Shown here: positions 29,745 to 42,235 of the stretch, one piece after another
Position numbering within the stretch: the first letter of the stretch is position 1
Layout: each line of letters starts with the position of its first letter
Assembly: GCA_964016885.1 (NCBI GenBank)
Contig: OZ024755.1
Span: 23,250,001 to 23,314,000 of the forward strand
DNA from: Eledone cirrhosa
Taxonomy: Eukaryota
Length of the DNA: 64,000 bases
Direction: 5' to 3'
Notes under the pieces: generated by a model
Databases searched by the model: none
What the model saw: only the letters and a program-made list of their open reading frames with translations
Told to the model about the DNA's origin: nothing
Made by a program: the position numbers and the translations under genes

Positions 29745-29910
29745 TCCAAGTATCGGCCGCTCTCTGATAGGTTTGTGGTAGAGCCTGTAGCAGTGGACCA
29801 CACCCCTGTTCACTACTATCGGAACAGAGTTGTTTGAGTGGCTGTTCCAATGCGTCTCTCTCGCCGCTCTCCGAGTCAATGTCTTCTCCATCCTGTCGGC
29901 TGGAACCATG
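29745..29910 (+). mobile_element. Internally deleted CRE-like RLE retrotransposon 3' fragment
   Basis: Frameshifted KYRPLSDRFVVEPVAV / LFTTIGTEL / EWLFQCVSLAALRVNVFSILSAG, homologous to 46230-46450. Confidence 0.65.
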
Positions 29911-30094
29911 AGGCGGTCGACATATTTGAGAACAGCAGCCGTAGTAGAAACAACAGCAACAGTAGCAATAGTATTCCGTCGTATTTAAAACGTTTTCAAT
30001 GGGAGGTCGCATCAAATCAATGATAATGATTTGTATCATAGACTCAAGTCTAAAGGAAAATTGATTTTTAATTTATACTCAAGGTCAGCAAATA

Positions 30095-30275
30095 TAAGGG
30101 AAGGGCAAAGTTGATTAAACAACCCAGTATTTAGCTGGTATTTTCTTATCGACCCCGGAAGGATAAAAGACAAAGTTGACCTTGGTGGGGTTTGAACTCA
30201 GAGTGTAAAGATCCAGATCAAATACCACAATGGCATTTTATTCGACGCTCTACCAATTCTGTCAATTTACCACCC
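30095..30275 (-). mobile_element. Older family-1 SINE
   Basis: Diverged consensus; similar pieces at 30855-30965(-) and 33070-33250(+). Confidence 0.7.
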
Positions 30276-31517
30276 TTAGCTTAAAGGAAAGATGAGAAGA
30301 TGGTACTATCGGTGAAATGAATAATCATATTTACTTTGATTAACTTTTTATTATTTTCTTTTGACGTCAGAGGGTTAGAAAAACAATTCAAATTTGAACT
30401 TCAAGTTTTACTTTTAGCAGATGTAAGATTAATCTTCCTTCTGTATAGAAATATGATATATCGTGCTGATCAATAATCACGAGATGAATCTGAACTCAAC
30501 TTCCCAAAGCAATCAACTATGCACGAAGTCCTCATAGCTGTTGCTACTCTAAAGAGGTAAATTACACGATAGCCACATACAGCTAAACGGGCTGAGTCAT
30601 TGAGAGATAAGTGACTTGACTGTGGACACAACTCAGCAGTTGTGGTTAGTTGAAATACAATCTATATCTGGCTACTGTTAGTAAGTAATTCAATATCGAT
30701 CTGGTATAAATAATAAATGAAACTTTAGGAGTTTTGCTGGTCATTGACATAACATAGCGTCTAGTTGCTGGTTGAAAGAGGATGAGCGAAGCTGAAGTAG
30801 AAACGGCTGGGTGTATAACTCTGAAGATAACAACCTTTTATGTGATTTCTGATTAGGTACAATGCCAACAATTTCGGGAGAAAGGAAAATCGATTAAATC
30901 GACCCCAGTGCGTTACTGTTACTTTATTTTACTGACCCCTTAAGGACGAAAGGCAAAGCTAACCTGACTACAAGGGCCTACGCTTAAATGCATTTTTTTT
31001 CATGCGAGTGACGTTTCTCTTTTTCAGAGTTACATTACTTTATGTATCTTTCCTTTTTAAGGCGCTAAAGAGAGCGTTGAGACATATTTGGTTGCTATCT
31101 TTAGCGTTTTAAGCGACCGAGTAGTGCAGAATTCCCCCCAAAGAGTTATACCGAGTCCTTGGGATTATCTTGAGTTTGAATAATTATCTAGTACTAAAAT
31201 GATGTCATGGGTTCAATTCCTGGGCTGCATTGTGTTGTGTTTATTCGACGCTCTACCAATTCTGTCAATTTTACCACCCTTAGGTTAAATACTTCATTTC
31301 ACGTTGCTCCAGTATACTCAGCTGAAAAAGAGTACCATCAGTAGCTGGGGATTTAGCCCTGCAATGCACGGGTGTCCTGTCCAGGAGAAAGTCTTGCACT
31401 TTCAGTCACTTAACGCCACGAAAACTGGGATAAGTACTGGCCTGATGAAACTCTGGGCTCGAGACTGACTTTAGAGATATTTTTTTAGAAGAGAAAGATG
31501 ACTAATATATATAGAAT

Positions 31518-32022
31518 AATATATATAATTTGTTAGTATACATTCCCGGTGTATATATATAATTTGTTGATATACATTCCCGGTGTATATATATAATTTG
31601 TTAGTATACATTCCCGGTGTATATATATAATTTGTTGGTATACATTCCCGGTGTATATATATAATTTGTTGATATACATTCCCGGTGTATATATATAATT
31701 TGTTGATATACATTCCCGGTGTATATATATAATTTGTTGATATACATTCCCGGTGTATATATATAATTTGTTGGTATACATTCCCGGTGTATATATATAA
31801 TTTGTTGGTATACATTCCCGGTGTATATATATAATTTGTTTGTATACATTCCCGGTGTATATATATAATTTGCTTGTATACATTCCGGGTGTATATATAT
31901 AATTTGTTGGTATACATTCCCGGTGTATATATATAATTTGTTGATATACATTCCCTGTGTATATATATAATTTGTTGATATACATTCCCTGTGTATATAT
32001 ATAATTTGTTGATATACATTCT
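31518..32022. repeat. Minisatellite, 34-bp unit, ~15 copies
   Basis: tatatatataatttgttgatatacattcccggtg repeated. Confidence 0.95.
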
Positions 32023-33758
32023 CGATGGATATGTCATTTTTATTGCCCACCCTCCAAAACAAGAACAAAATACAGTTATAGTAATTTATCATTAGGTGGA
32101 GCCACAAGATAGTGGAACGGTATGTAAAACCTGTTTCCACTTGGTTAGCTTGACATAGATTTTCTTCACTTGTACGCTCTAAAAAGATTGTTGATGGTCG
32201 ACAAACAAAATAACTATATTATTCATAATTAATCATGCAACATTTTAACAGGATGTATGAACTGTTAAAAGGACATATGAACTCCCTAGGGTTAACGACC
32301 ATCCGTCCCAACTATGGATTAAATAACCCCACGAATCCGCAATTGGCCAATCGTTGTGAGTACAGCTATACCCCTGACATAACGAAAACCAAACAAAAAG
32401 TGGTGGGGATCAACCAGGGAGAGATTCCTCCAACAGAAATAAGAAGGCCCTGGATTTGATTGAATCCTAATAGGGACCCAAATCAAAACAGGCTCCATTA
32501 CATGTACACTGACAGGTAGAGATTTTAAGTATTTTTCAATCTTACGAAAATTAAAAGAGATAGCTGAAACATATCCAGATCTCGGCCTGAGAATACATTT
32601 AGAATACTTTAAAATACATTCCGAGAACCTCTAGAAACTGCATGGACCTGACAGGGTTTTTATACCATTTGTTTCGGAAACAGAAAATGAAGACATTGAA
32701 TCTCATGTGTTGATCCCAAACTTAAATCACTGTTCAAGAGTAAAAAAAGTATCGGTTAGTAATGGAACAGTGTGAATATTACTACTAAATACTAAGAGTG
32801 ATGATTATGTCATTTTTACTTACATTCTCAAGTTCGCTGAAGCAGATTTTAACCCCACAAATGCAGTTTTAACAAAGCATAGAAACAAATTGAACCTGGA
32901 AGGTCGTAGTGACTAACCACTAAAATTCATTAATCACCAACCAAATGCACATTGAATAATTCCTTCTCATTAATAATATAAACTAAAATTTTAAAATATT
33001 TATTGTTGCCTGTATTATTTATGGAGGTTTTTATTATAATTATTATTATCATTAATATGAATATAAATATGGATTGATAGAATCGTTGGAGTGTTGGTTA
33101 AAATGCTTTGTAGTATTTATTCCTGCTCTTTACATTATGAGTTCAAATCTCGCTGAAATCAACTTTCCTTTTAATCTTTCCGGGATCCATATAATCGACT
33201 TTTCCCTTCCTACAAATTGCAGACATTGGACATAGATTAGAAATCAATATTAGTATTGATATTTTTATTTTTTGTTTGTTTTTTGTAAGATCAATAAAAG
33301 ATCAATGGTAAAAGTCAATGGTAAAACCTTTGTGGGCCCTAGTGTAGCAGCTTCATCGGAGTGTTTCTTTTTTAATGACACGCCTGAAGTACAATAATAC
33401 AGCATACAGCCAGAAAATACTTAATCATTTCAATCTAATTTTAGTAAAAACAGGTTGGAAAGACAACCGACGTGATAGCCAACAGAAGATTTAGTCACAA
33501 TAAAATACTCTAAAACCGCAACAACGTTCGTCTTTTGTATATATGCCCTCTTCTGACGTAAAAAGAAGACAAAGGTAAAGGGAGTCAATGTTCGAGTACA
33601 GCTGGCTGAATATAAGTCAATATGTCCCCATACTTCAGATGTATCCCACTGCTAAAATCTGTGCAATTCCTCTACACATGACCAGTGTATTTTTAGTTAC
33701 TATTTTTAGACCACTAAAACACTTCCTTGGGCTGTAACATAATAGTAAATACAATTTA

Positions 33759-34065
33759 CGAGGATTGGCTGAACAGTTCATAGGCTGATTATGAAGGAGT
33801 GGTGCTCGAGCTGTGAAATCTTGCATTTATTATTTTCAACTCTTCTTATTAATAACTACATTGTTTCTTTCCAAGGACTATGTTGAAAAATAAACCTCAT
33901 TTGGTCATTCCATGAGAGTATCTTGGTCAGCTTCTTGCATGCATTAATTTCAACTCTTCTTATTAATAACTTCATTATTTCTTTCCAGGGACTATGTTGA
34001 AAAGTGAACCTCATTTGGTCATTCCATGAGAGTATCTTGGTCAGGCTATAACTTTTCAACTGACC

Positions 34066-34068
<3 letters not shown>
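33759..34068. mobile_element. Tc1/mariner-type MITE with ~115-bp internal tandem duplication
   Basis: TA|cgaggattggctgaacagttcataggctga ... tcaggctataacttttcaactgacc, imperfect TIRs. Confidence 0.6.
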
Positions 34069-34108
<40 letters not shown>

Positions 34109-34492
34109 CTTGAGAAGGTCCAGGGAGGCGGTGGAGCCTAAGGGGTGGTGGGGGAGTGGTAGAGATGATATAATAGTATATTGAATATCAAATAGTACAT
34201 ATTATGTATAAATATAGTAAAATATATAATATTTATTTATACATAGTATATATTGTATTATTTATTATACAATTGGCACATGCCAACACAAGAGCAAGAA
34301 TGAGGGGTTCATTCTACTGACATGGCTATAAAATTGAGGCTTGTTTGCATAATTGCAAACGAATCGAATGTTATTATTAATATTCGAAAAACTCAGATTA
34401 CATTTATTGTATTCAGCCATGAAGAGCGAAAATTTTCTTTTTTATATGTATGTATATATATATGTATGTATATATATATATGTATGTATATA

Positions 34493-34653
34493 CATGGACA
34501 CACTAGAAGAGGAAGACCAAGGTTAACGTATGTTGATGCCCTAAGGACAGACACTGGTCTGTTGGAGACGCAGGACATGGCAGCGATAATGAGGAACAGA
34601 GACCGCTGGAGAGGACTCGTTCATGGATCTCGGGAATTTTACCCGCCTAAGAT

Positions 34654-34657
<4 letters not shown>
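34493..34657 (+). mobile_element. RTE-group LINE 3' end (5'-truncated) in (TA)n
   Basis: [27 protein letters not shown]; (GATA) tail; same family as 37406-37637 and 50292-51332. Confidence 0.8.
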
Positions 34658-34697
<40 letters not shown>

Positions 34698-35392
34698 ATG
34701 TGTGTGTGTATGTATATGTATGTATATATATATGTATGTATATGTATGTATATGTATGTATATATATATATATGTGTGTGTGTATATATATATATCGTAT
34801 TTCTTCAGTCTTTCCTTAACTATCAGTCTGTGCGTCTCGCTTCTGCTTCTCTTTTAAATTGCGCTTTTATTTTATTATTTTTTCACACACGGAGACGCAA
34901 AGCCAGAAATTTGGGGAGAAGGGAAAAATCGATTCTACCAACCAGTACTTGACTGATATTTATTTTACTGATCTCAATGGTGCCACAGAAAAGTCTTACC
35001 ACAATTACAATGATTATTCAGACGTTGTCATTTCCGCTTACCTCAGTATCAATTTAATTTCTTTTACTAACACTCTCAGTCTCATGATTTTACAAAATAT
35101 TGCTTCCACTCTCCCGCTTCTCTCTCTCTCTCCCCCCCCCCTCCCCCTCTCACTCTCCCCCTTTCAGTATTTGCCTTTCCCTTTTCCTCACTCTGACTAT
35201 TTTTTCCTCTCTATATATCTCCTTTTCTTTCGGTTACTATTAATTATCGATCTGTACGATTTCTTTGTGTATCAATATTTTCTGTAACTTAAATTAGTCT
35301 CTAAGTGTTCATATTTGCAGCTCTTTTTATATTCATATTTGTCTCTCTCTTTTGCATTTTATTAAAACGTTCTCTTTCTCAACTCTCTCTCT

Positions 35393-35447
<55 letters not shown>

Positions 35448-35944
35448 CCTCTCTCTCCTCTTTTCAATCTTTGTCTTTCTATTTCTCCCTCCTCTATATA
35501 TATCCCCTATTTTTTATTTTGTATATCTTCCTAATTCTTCAATTTCTATCTAACTTAAAATTGCATTTGATTATATAACATTAATAATACAATTTTGAGG
35601 ACTCTACTCCAACGGGCCTCTCGGGAATAAGTGGGCTAATGATAAGAAGAAGAATACCATATCCTATAGTATTATAAATGTTCCCATCAATAATACCTTG
35701 GAAAAGATGTTCCATACTTACAACGTGTTCTGTTGCCAAAAGCAAGATAACTCTGAGAGCAACAGAATCAGTTGTACCGGAATCATGCTTTACTTAATGC
35801 CAATTTTATGTAGGATTCCACAAAAGTTGGAAACCTCTCCATCTCAAACCTTTTTATTTATTTCATTATTGGTAAAACTCTTTACCTGAAGTGTTGCCAA
35901 GACCACGTTCAAAATTCTTAAGGCTATGATAGTTAAAGATGGGA

Positions 35945-36315
35945 TTTCTCACAATATATTAAGAATTTCTGTAAAATATGTGATTCCTCGCAATATATTA
36001 AGAATTTTTTTAAAAGGTGTGATTTCTCACAATATATTAAGAATTTCTCTAAAATATCTGATCCCTCACAATATATTAAGAATTTCTCTAAAATATCTGA
36101 TCCCTAACAATATATTAAGAATTTCTCTAAAATATCTGATCCCTCACAATATATTAAGAATTTCTCTAAAATATCTGATCCCTCACAATATATTAAGAAT
36201 TTCTCTAAAATATCTGATCCCTCACAATATATTAAGAATTTCTCTAAAATATCTGATCCCTCACAATATATTAAGAATTTCACTAAAAGATGTGATTCCT
36301 CACAATATATTAAGG
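35945..36315. repeat. Minisatellite, 39-bp unit, ~9 copies
   Basis: ctcacaatatattaagaatttctctaaaatatctgatcc repeated. Confidence 0.95.
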
Positions 36316-36592
36316 TCATTTCTTTATTGTTTCAACTTGTGTTTCTGGTTAGTTCTAATATTTGGGTGTGTGGGTTACATCTGAGTAATTTGGTTTCCAC
36401 GTGGTATAAGAAACACTTTTAAAAGTGTTTTAATAGTTAAGTACTTCAAGAAAAAAAACATAAAATATTTTATTATGTCAAATAATTGTTTCTAATTAAT
36501 TAGAACTATTTTTACGTTCACTTAATCCTGTGTTTTTAATTGGTATGGATTCACTATGAGACATTTACACAATTCAATTGTTTGTTTGTATG

Positions 36593-36656
<64 letters not shown>

Positions 36657-36704
36657 GTGTGTGCGTGTGTGCGTGCGTGCGTGCGTGCGGGCGAGCGGGC
36701 GTGC

Positions 36705-36975
36705 GCGGTCTTGTAACTCCCGAGGGCATTTTTAAAAACCTGACGGATCCCATCTCCTCTCCAGATCCGAATGCAGCAGATTTCTTCTAGGGAAGGATAG
36801 AGAACATGAGAGAATGGAAGTGAGAAAGATATAAAGGAAGAATCTACCCCAATACTAGTAGACTACTACTTTTTTTATCGACCTTGAAAGGATGCAAGGC
36901 AAAGCTGAGTTCGGCGGGATTTGAACTCGGAGAGTGCTATGCGACATTCCAACGACTCTGCCAATTCGCCGCCGA
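36705..36975 (-). mobile_element. SINE sharing the family-1 head/body but with a different 3' half
   Basis: Related copies at 38625-38960(-), 61205-61430(+) and 61560-61680(-). Confidence 0.65.
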
Positions 36976-37363
36976 TGACGGAATAATAGAAGTGTTATAA
37001 AAATAGGAAACGAAATGTGCAACATTTCACGTGTACACATTCTATTTATTTATTCTTTTACACATTTCAGATTCGATGCGGTAGTGTAGTGTACAATGTG
37101 ACAATAACCGACATACGTGGCACAACACAACTTGAGTTTACTTTCAATTTACGTTGATATTTCAATTATTAGGCATTTTTTTATATCATGTCTTAAAAGG
37201 AGAGTAATAATCTAACTATATATATATATATATATATATATTTCGTTTCTGAATTTGTTTAGCAAGATTCTTTATCTGAAATCGTGTGTTGAAACCGATA
37301 TTGTTATACTTTGGGAGGGTCATGTTGCCAATAAGAAACACCAACATGACCCTCCCAAAGTAT

Positions 37364-37405
<42 letters not shown>

Positions 37406-37407
<2 letters not shown>

Positions 37408-37633
37408 CCTCAGTGTATACTGATTAATGTTCAGAGCCATCCTCAGCATTCTCGTGTAGCACCCATCCACTATCTGAGTGAGTTTCTTGGTCAGTCCCAG
37501 ACCCATACAGCATATGTTGATGCCCTAAGGACAGACACTGGTCTGTTGGAGACGCAGGACATGGCAGTGATAATGAAGGACAGAGACCGCTAGAGAGAAC
37601 TCGTCCATGGATCTCGGGAATTTTACCCGCCTT

Positions 37634-37637
<4 letters not shown>
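37406..37637 (+). mobile_element. RTE-group LINE 3' end with inverted 5' segment
   Basis: Minus-strand LTKKLTQIVDGCYTRMLRMALNINQYTLR joined to plus-strand [10 protein letters not shown]...tail. Confidence 0.8.
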
Positions 37638-37670
<33 letters not shown>

Positions 37671-37673
<3 letters not shown>

Positions 37674-37985
37674 CTTTCACCGTATTTTTGACTAAAGGAA
37701 TTTTAGCTTGATAACGGGGTTTAGAACCCTCAGATAAATGGAAAAAGATGAGTATTGACGTACATGGGAGTCGAACCCACATCTGTGGTTATCGCGACCA
37801 CTGTGCTACCATTACACCAACACATCACCCATCTCTTTCCATTCAAATTAGAAACTAATTTCTTTTCCATTTATCTGAGGGTTCTAAACCCCGTTATCAA
37901 GCTAAAATTCCTTTAGTCAAAAATACGGTGAAAGCTATATATTTTCTAATTTCAAAACTCGCTCACTGTTTCAAAACATACTTAC
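37671..37985. mobile_element. Inverted-repeat element (~77-bp arms) enclosing the tRNA-like unit, inserted in (TA)n
   Basis: 37671-37746 is the reverse complement of 37863-37937. Confidence 0.75.
37756..37826 (-). tRNA. tRNA-like cloverleaf (non-canonical anticodon loop; probably a repeat-borne Pol III unit rather than a decoding tRNA)
   Basis: Acceptor GATGTGT/GTACGTC, D arm GTGT-AATGGTA-GCAC, anticodon arm GTGGT-CGCGATA-ACCAC, T arm GTGGG-TTCGACT-CCCAT; G at position 33. Confidence 0.45.
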
Positions 37986-38127
37986 TATATATATATATAT
38001 ATTCTGCCTAGGAGTTACGACCGACAGATAGTATTAGCAATTGGAAAGACCAATGGAAACATTGTTTCCTCGGTCCGATTTGACGAGCTCTACCCCACTC
38101 GTTAAGCGAATGAGGTCTGGGATCTTG

Positions 38128-38162
<35 letters not shown>

Positions 38163-38166
<4 letters not shown>

Positions 38167-38338
38167 TTTCTGAATTTGTTTAGCAAGATTCTTTATCTGA
38201 AATCGTGTGTTGAAACCGATATTGTTATACTTTGGGAGGGTCATGTTGCCAATAAGAAACACACGCACCAGTTGCTTTCACAAGTGAAAGCAACTGGTGC
38301 GTGTGTTTCTTATTGGCAACATGACCCTCCCAAAGTAT

Positions 38339-38345
<7 letters not shown>
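38163..38345. repeat. PLE-end-like fragment with near-perfect ~60-bp-arm palindrome; deleted copy at 37240-37350
   Basis: Centre gctttcac-aa-gtgaaagc at ~38282; related pieces at 10515-10580 and 56020-56125. Confidence 0.75.
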
Positions 38346-38373
<28 letters not shown>

Positions 38374-39454
38374 CATATATACTCAAGCACACCTAGAAGT
38401 GTGCCTGCGCATTTTTATTACCAGACCAGCGACTGATATATCTTCTTAAGTCACGAAGTAATTCAGTTATTAAATTGCATATTGCCAGGTGTAGCACATA
38501 CCCTTTAATGCGTCTGTATAGGAGTGTGTGGTTCTTATAAATAGGTAAGCATGTTCTTAGAACTGAAAGCCAGTCCCCCTGTCTAGAAAAAGGTCAATTT
38601 TTAATTATACAATTTAGTATGGTATGGTCCCGAAACTCCTGAGGGAGTCGGAGGAGCGCCGTGTTTAAATGCAGTGTTTCTAGAGCATTTTAAAGGCCTG
38701 CCGGAGCCCATCTCCTCTCCAGGTCTAAATACAGCATATTTCTGTCAGAGAAGGATAGAAAGTGAGAGAATTGAAGCGGGAAAGAGATATAGAGAAAGAA
38801 TCGACCCCAGTACAAAACTGGTAATTTTTTTTTATCGGCCTTGAATGGGTGAAAGGCAAATTTGACCTCGGTGAAATTTGAACTCAGAGAGTAGAGAGAC
38901 GACACGAATACCACAAAGAATTCTATCCGACATTCTCACAACTGTCAATTCGCCGCCCTATTATACAATTTACCTACCTGTTAATAGGTACAATATGAAG
39001 TGAAATATAGTCGTTGCGTTGATGAGAGGACCGCTACACGATTACGTCCTGTTAAAAAAATAGGAGAGATATATCTCTCAGGCCACAGAAATTTGCTAAG
39101 TTAAGATTCTTTTGTTATCTTGGCAATTTAACATTCTTCATACGCATTGTGTTGGCCTTCAAATTTAACTTTGTGTTTCCTATTAAACAATCTTTCAAGC
39201 AAGCTACAAAACTCTGTTATAATTGATTATGTTGTTGCTGTAGATTTTCATTGTTATTTTTTAGCTCCAGGTTCACCTTAACAGAGCAATCCTATCATTA
39301 AAGACATTCTAGATATGACCTATCCGTAAGTTTTCCCTTGACATAGTGTATCCAGGATACACTATGCCTGGACAAAAAGCCGTAGGTTTTGTTTTGTTTT
39401 GTTTTTTAATCAATTCGAATTGCCCACCATATGTATTATTATTTCATCGACGGA

Positions 39455-39895
39455 CGGTGGATTGGCAGTATCGGTAGAGGATCGGGCGCCATGCTTTCCA
39501 GCATAGTTACGTCCCTTTACGGTCTGAGTTCAAATCCAGCCGAAGTTAACTTTGCCTTTCATCCTTACGGGGTCGATAAAATAAAGTACCAGTAATGCAC
39601 TGAGATAATTGCTGGCATTGTGCCAAAAGTAGAAACCATTATGATTTCATCGATAGCAACGGCTGGAGGTTGGCAGTATCGATAGAGTATAGGACAACAT
39701 GATTCGTGGCATACAGTTACGGCCCTTTACGTTCTTAGTTCAAATCCCACTGACGTTAGCTTTGCCTTTCATCCTTACGGGGTCGATACAATGAAGTACC
39801 AGTAACACACTGGGGTCAATTTAATCGACTTTCCCCATCCCCCAAACCATTAATAATAACGGTTTCTACTTAAGGCCCAAGACCAGCAATTTGGA
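39455..39895 (+). mobile_element. Two tandem family-1 SINEs
   Basis: Shared consensus. Confidence 0.8.
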
Positions 39896-40478
39896 GAATT
39901 AACAACTAACACGCATTTCATCGATGACAGCTTTATGTTATTGTCATTTTGGTCAGTTTTCCCGATTAAATCAATTACTGTGTCGTACAACTGTGATATA
40001 ACAATATTTATGCATTATACATAAACATATCGTATATGCTTTCATATACGCATCTTTTATCCTTAAACTTTGATGATATGTGAAAAAGGTTATGGCTGCT
40101 TTCTTATTTTGTTTTTATCTCATCTGGAATAGATTCCTTACATATGTTCTACCACTTTCAGTCTACGTGCGACCTTCATAATAAGGCGGAGGAAGGATAA
40201 GAAAACAAGTATTCCAACAAACAACCTTTATACCTCTCTTATTTCTCTTCACAATTCAAATGGTTATGGGCTTGTCGTTTTTTGTTTTCTTTCTTCAAAC
40301 TGCAGTTATTATATTCATGAAAGTATGTCACAATATTTTTGAAACACGATGGACAGATGCGACAACGTTTTAGTGTATTTCGATGTTAAAAAAATTGGCC
40401 AAACATTCTCCGCAGTAATGCCATAGCCATTTCGTTTGCGGGGTGCGGCTGAGGCACCGCTCAGACTGGGGTGTAGTG

Positions 40479-40700
40479 CAGGCATGTTACACATGCGGAC
40501 CGCAGGCTGCATACGGCCTTTTAAAAGCACACCTACTGCCCGCACAAATTTGTTACTGTACGAGCATGCTTTATCTTCGTAATATAAAATTTTAAAAAAT
40601 GTGTTGTAATGTGCGCAATTAGTTGTCGTATGTGGCCCTCAGACAACACATATGTGACCCACGTGGCCCCCAGGGGACCCTCAGTTTGAATGCGCATCTG
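40479..40700. mobile_element. Decayed hAT (Charlie-like) MITE
   Basis: caggcatgttacacatgcggaccgcaggc...gtggccccc..agtttgaatgcgcatctg ends. Confidence 0.45.
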
Positions 40701-41010
40701 TGTTTTTATTTCTCAAATTTTTTACACCTTTCTTCCGCTCCCCACTCTCTTATCTTTTTAATTCATCTTTTATTTCTCATTCTACCTTCTGATGAAGGTC
40801 CTAAATGTAAAGACTCTTTTCTTACTATATCAAGCGTTAAACTAATATATTTCTTCATTGGGCTGTGTCGTTTGTTTTATTGTTTCTGTTTATTTTTTCA
40901 CACACATATAGATCCCGTTAATGGTGAAAGCAGCGATTCTTTGCTTAAAATTTAATCTGTTCTTATAATAAATGTTTGCTCTACGGGGTTATATATATAT
41001 ACATACATAC

Positions 41011-41629
41011 ATGATGGCTGCCCCCTCGTTATCAAGTATGGCCATTGCACGATATAATATTATTAATAATTAATTAATTATATCGTGCAATGCCTCTTCC
41101 GTGAAGATATTTTTTAAAGTGAGGAAAGACTGTGCACTGAGCCAATCCCACTCTCTGAGCAACAGTAGCTATAACCCGAAAAGAATAAAAGATCAACATC
41201 ATCGGTAACTACTGAGCCGCAGGTTTTATATCAGAGTTATCCCAGTTTCCTGAGTTGCCTTCTCCTAGAAAAATGCCCTGACAAAGGCCAGGGGTCCTTC
41301 ATTCCCAGTGGTTTAACCGCGCGATCGGGTGTCCAGCCCGACTATTTCTATGTCCCCGCGCATATACATACACATTCACCCATGTATATACACATATACA
41401 TACATATGAACATGTGTATATACATATTTACGCACTTTCGGATGGCCGTTGACTCTTATGAGTTCTTCCGCCCTTTGTCAGGTTTAGTTTTTTGTCTCGC
41501 AGGGTGTCCAAAATCACCCTCCTCACCAAGTAAACTTGGTGGGTTGCCGGTTTAGTCGCCGACGACCCGACCATGCGACAGGTTGTACTGGGTTACATGT
41601 TACCAGTAGCACTCAAGAGTGACCCGACA
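41011..41629 (-). mobile_element. ~600-bp non-coding retroposon (probably RTE-derived)
   Basis: Near-identical to 48010-48547 and 52901-53910; (ATC)-type tail on the minus strand. Confidence 0.7.
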
Positions 41630-41701
41630 TAACATACATATATATATATTATATAATATGTAATCCTTATCGAGTCCTCTTCGGATTTTAGTCTTCACAT
41701 C

Positions 41702-41738
<37 letters not shown>

Positions 41739-41859
41739 TGCTAATTCCGAAGAAAAAGCAAAGGAAAAAAGAGTGCTCTATGTATAGAACAGAGCTATTT
41801 AATTAGAAAGTGAACACAATATATAAATACTCCATTACCAAAGGTTTCTGGATAACATC

Positions 41860-41925
41860 TCTGTCTGATGAACGATCCAGACGTATATTAATATTGTCTA
41901 GGATCCAGAAATCTTTGGTAATGGA
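41860..41925 (+). ncRNA. Type I hammerhead ribozyme within a fold-back repeat
   Basis: tctgt-CTGATGA-ac gatcc agac..gtct a ggatc ca-GAAA-tc ttt gg-TA-atgga; arms at 41804-41853 and 41903-41955. Confidence 0.7.
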
Positions 41926-41950
41926 ATAGTTACATATTGTGCTGTTCACT

Positions 41951-41997
<47 letters not shown>

Positions 41998-42000
<3 letters not shown>

Positions 42001-42182
42001 CGAAGGAAATGTGGTAAGGAACCAGGTGGACCATAACGCACCAAAGTACTCAATACTTAGGGTAGTAGAGTGGGTAATAGGAACAAGTAAAACCCCGGCG
42101 GCTGAGCTCAAGCCGTTTCGACGGCTAGTCCAGAATTAGCCGTCGAAACGGCTTGAGCTCAGCCGTCGGGGTCTTACTTGTT

Positions 42183-42187
<5 letters not shown>
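41998..42187. mobile_element. PLE-end fragment (family E) palindrome with hammerhead stems II/III
   Basis: gacggcta-gtccagaat-tagccgtc-GAAA-cggct tgagctc agccg-TC; copies at 5921-5980, 19375-19478 and 45683-45780. Confidence 0.7.

Positions 42188-42235
<48 letters not shown>

Noticed and set aside
29695-30039. 114-aa minus-strand ORF as a host exon
   Set aside because: Antisense of a CRE retrotransposon fragment
31410-31470. CTGATGA in a SINE tail as a hammerhead
   Set aside because: GAAA and stem III/UH are not correctly placed; the sister copy has CTGGTGA
31518-32022. 34-bp array, and the 27- and 39-bp arrays, as possible CRISPR arrays or repeat proteins
   Set aside because: No unique spacers, no cas genes, eukaryotic context; these are plain minisatellites
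32500-32560. CTGACAG...stem...GAAA motif
   Set aside because: Core mismatch and no convincing stems I/III; at best a dead remnant
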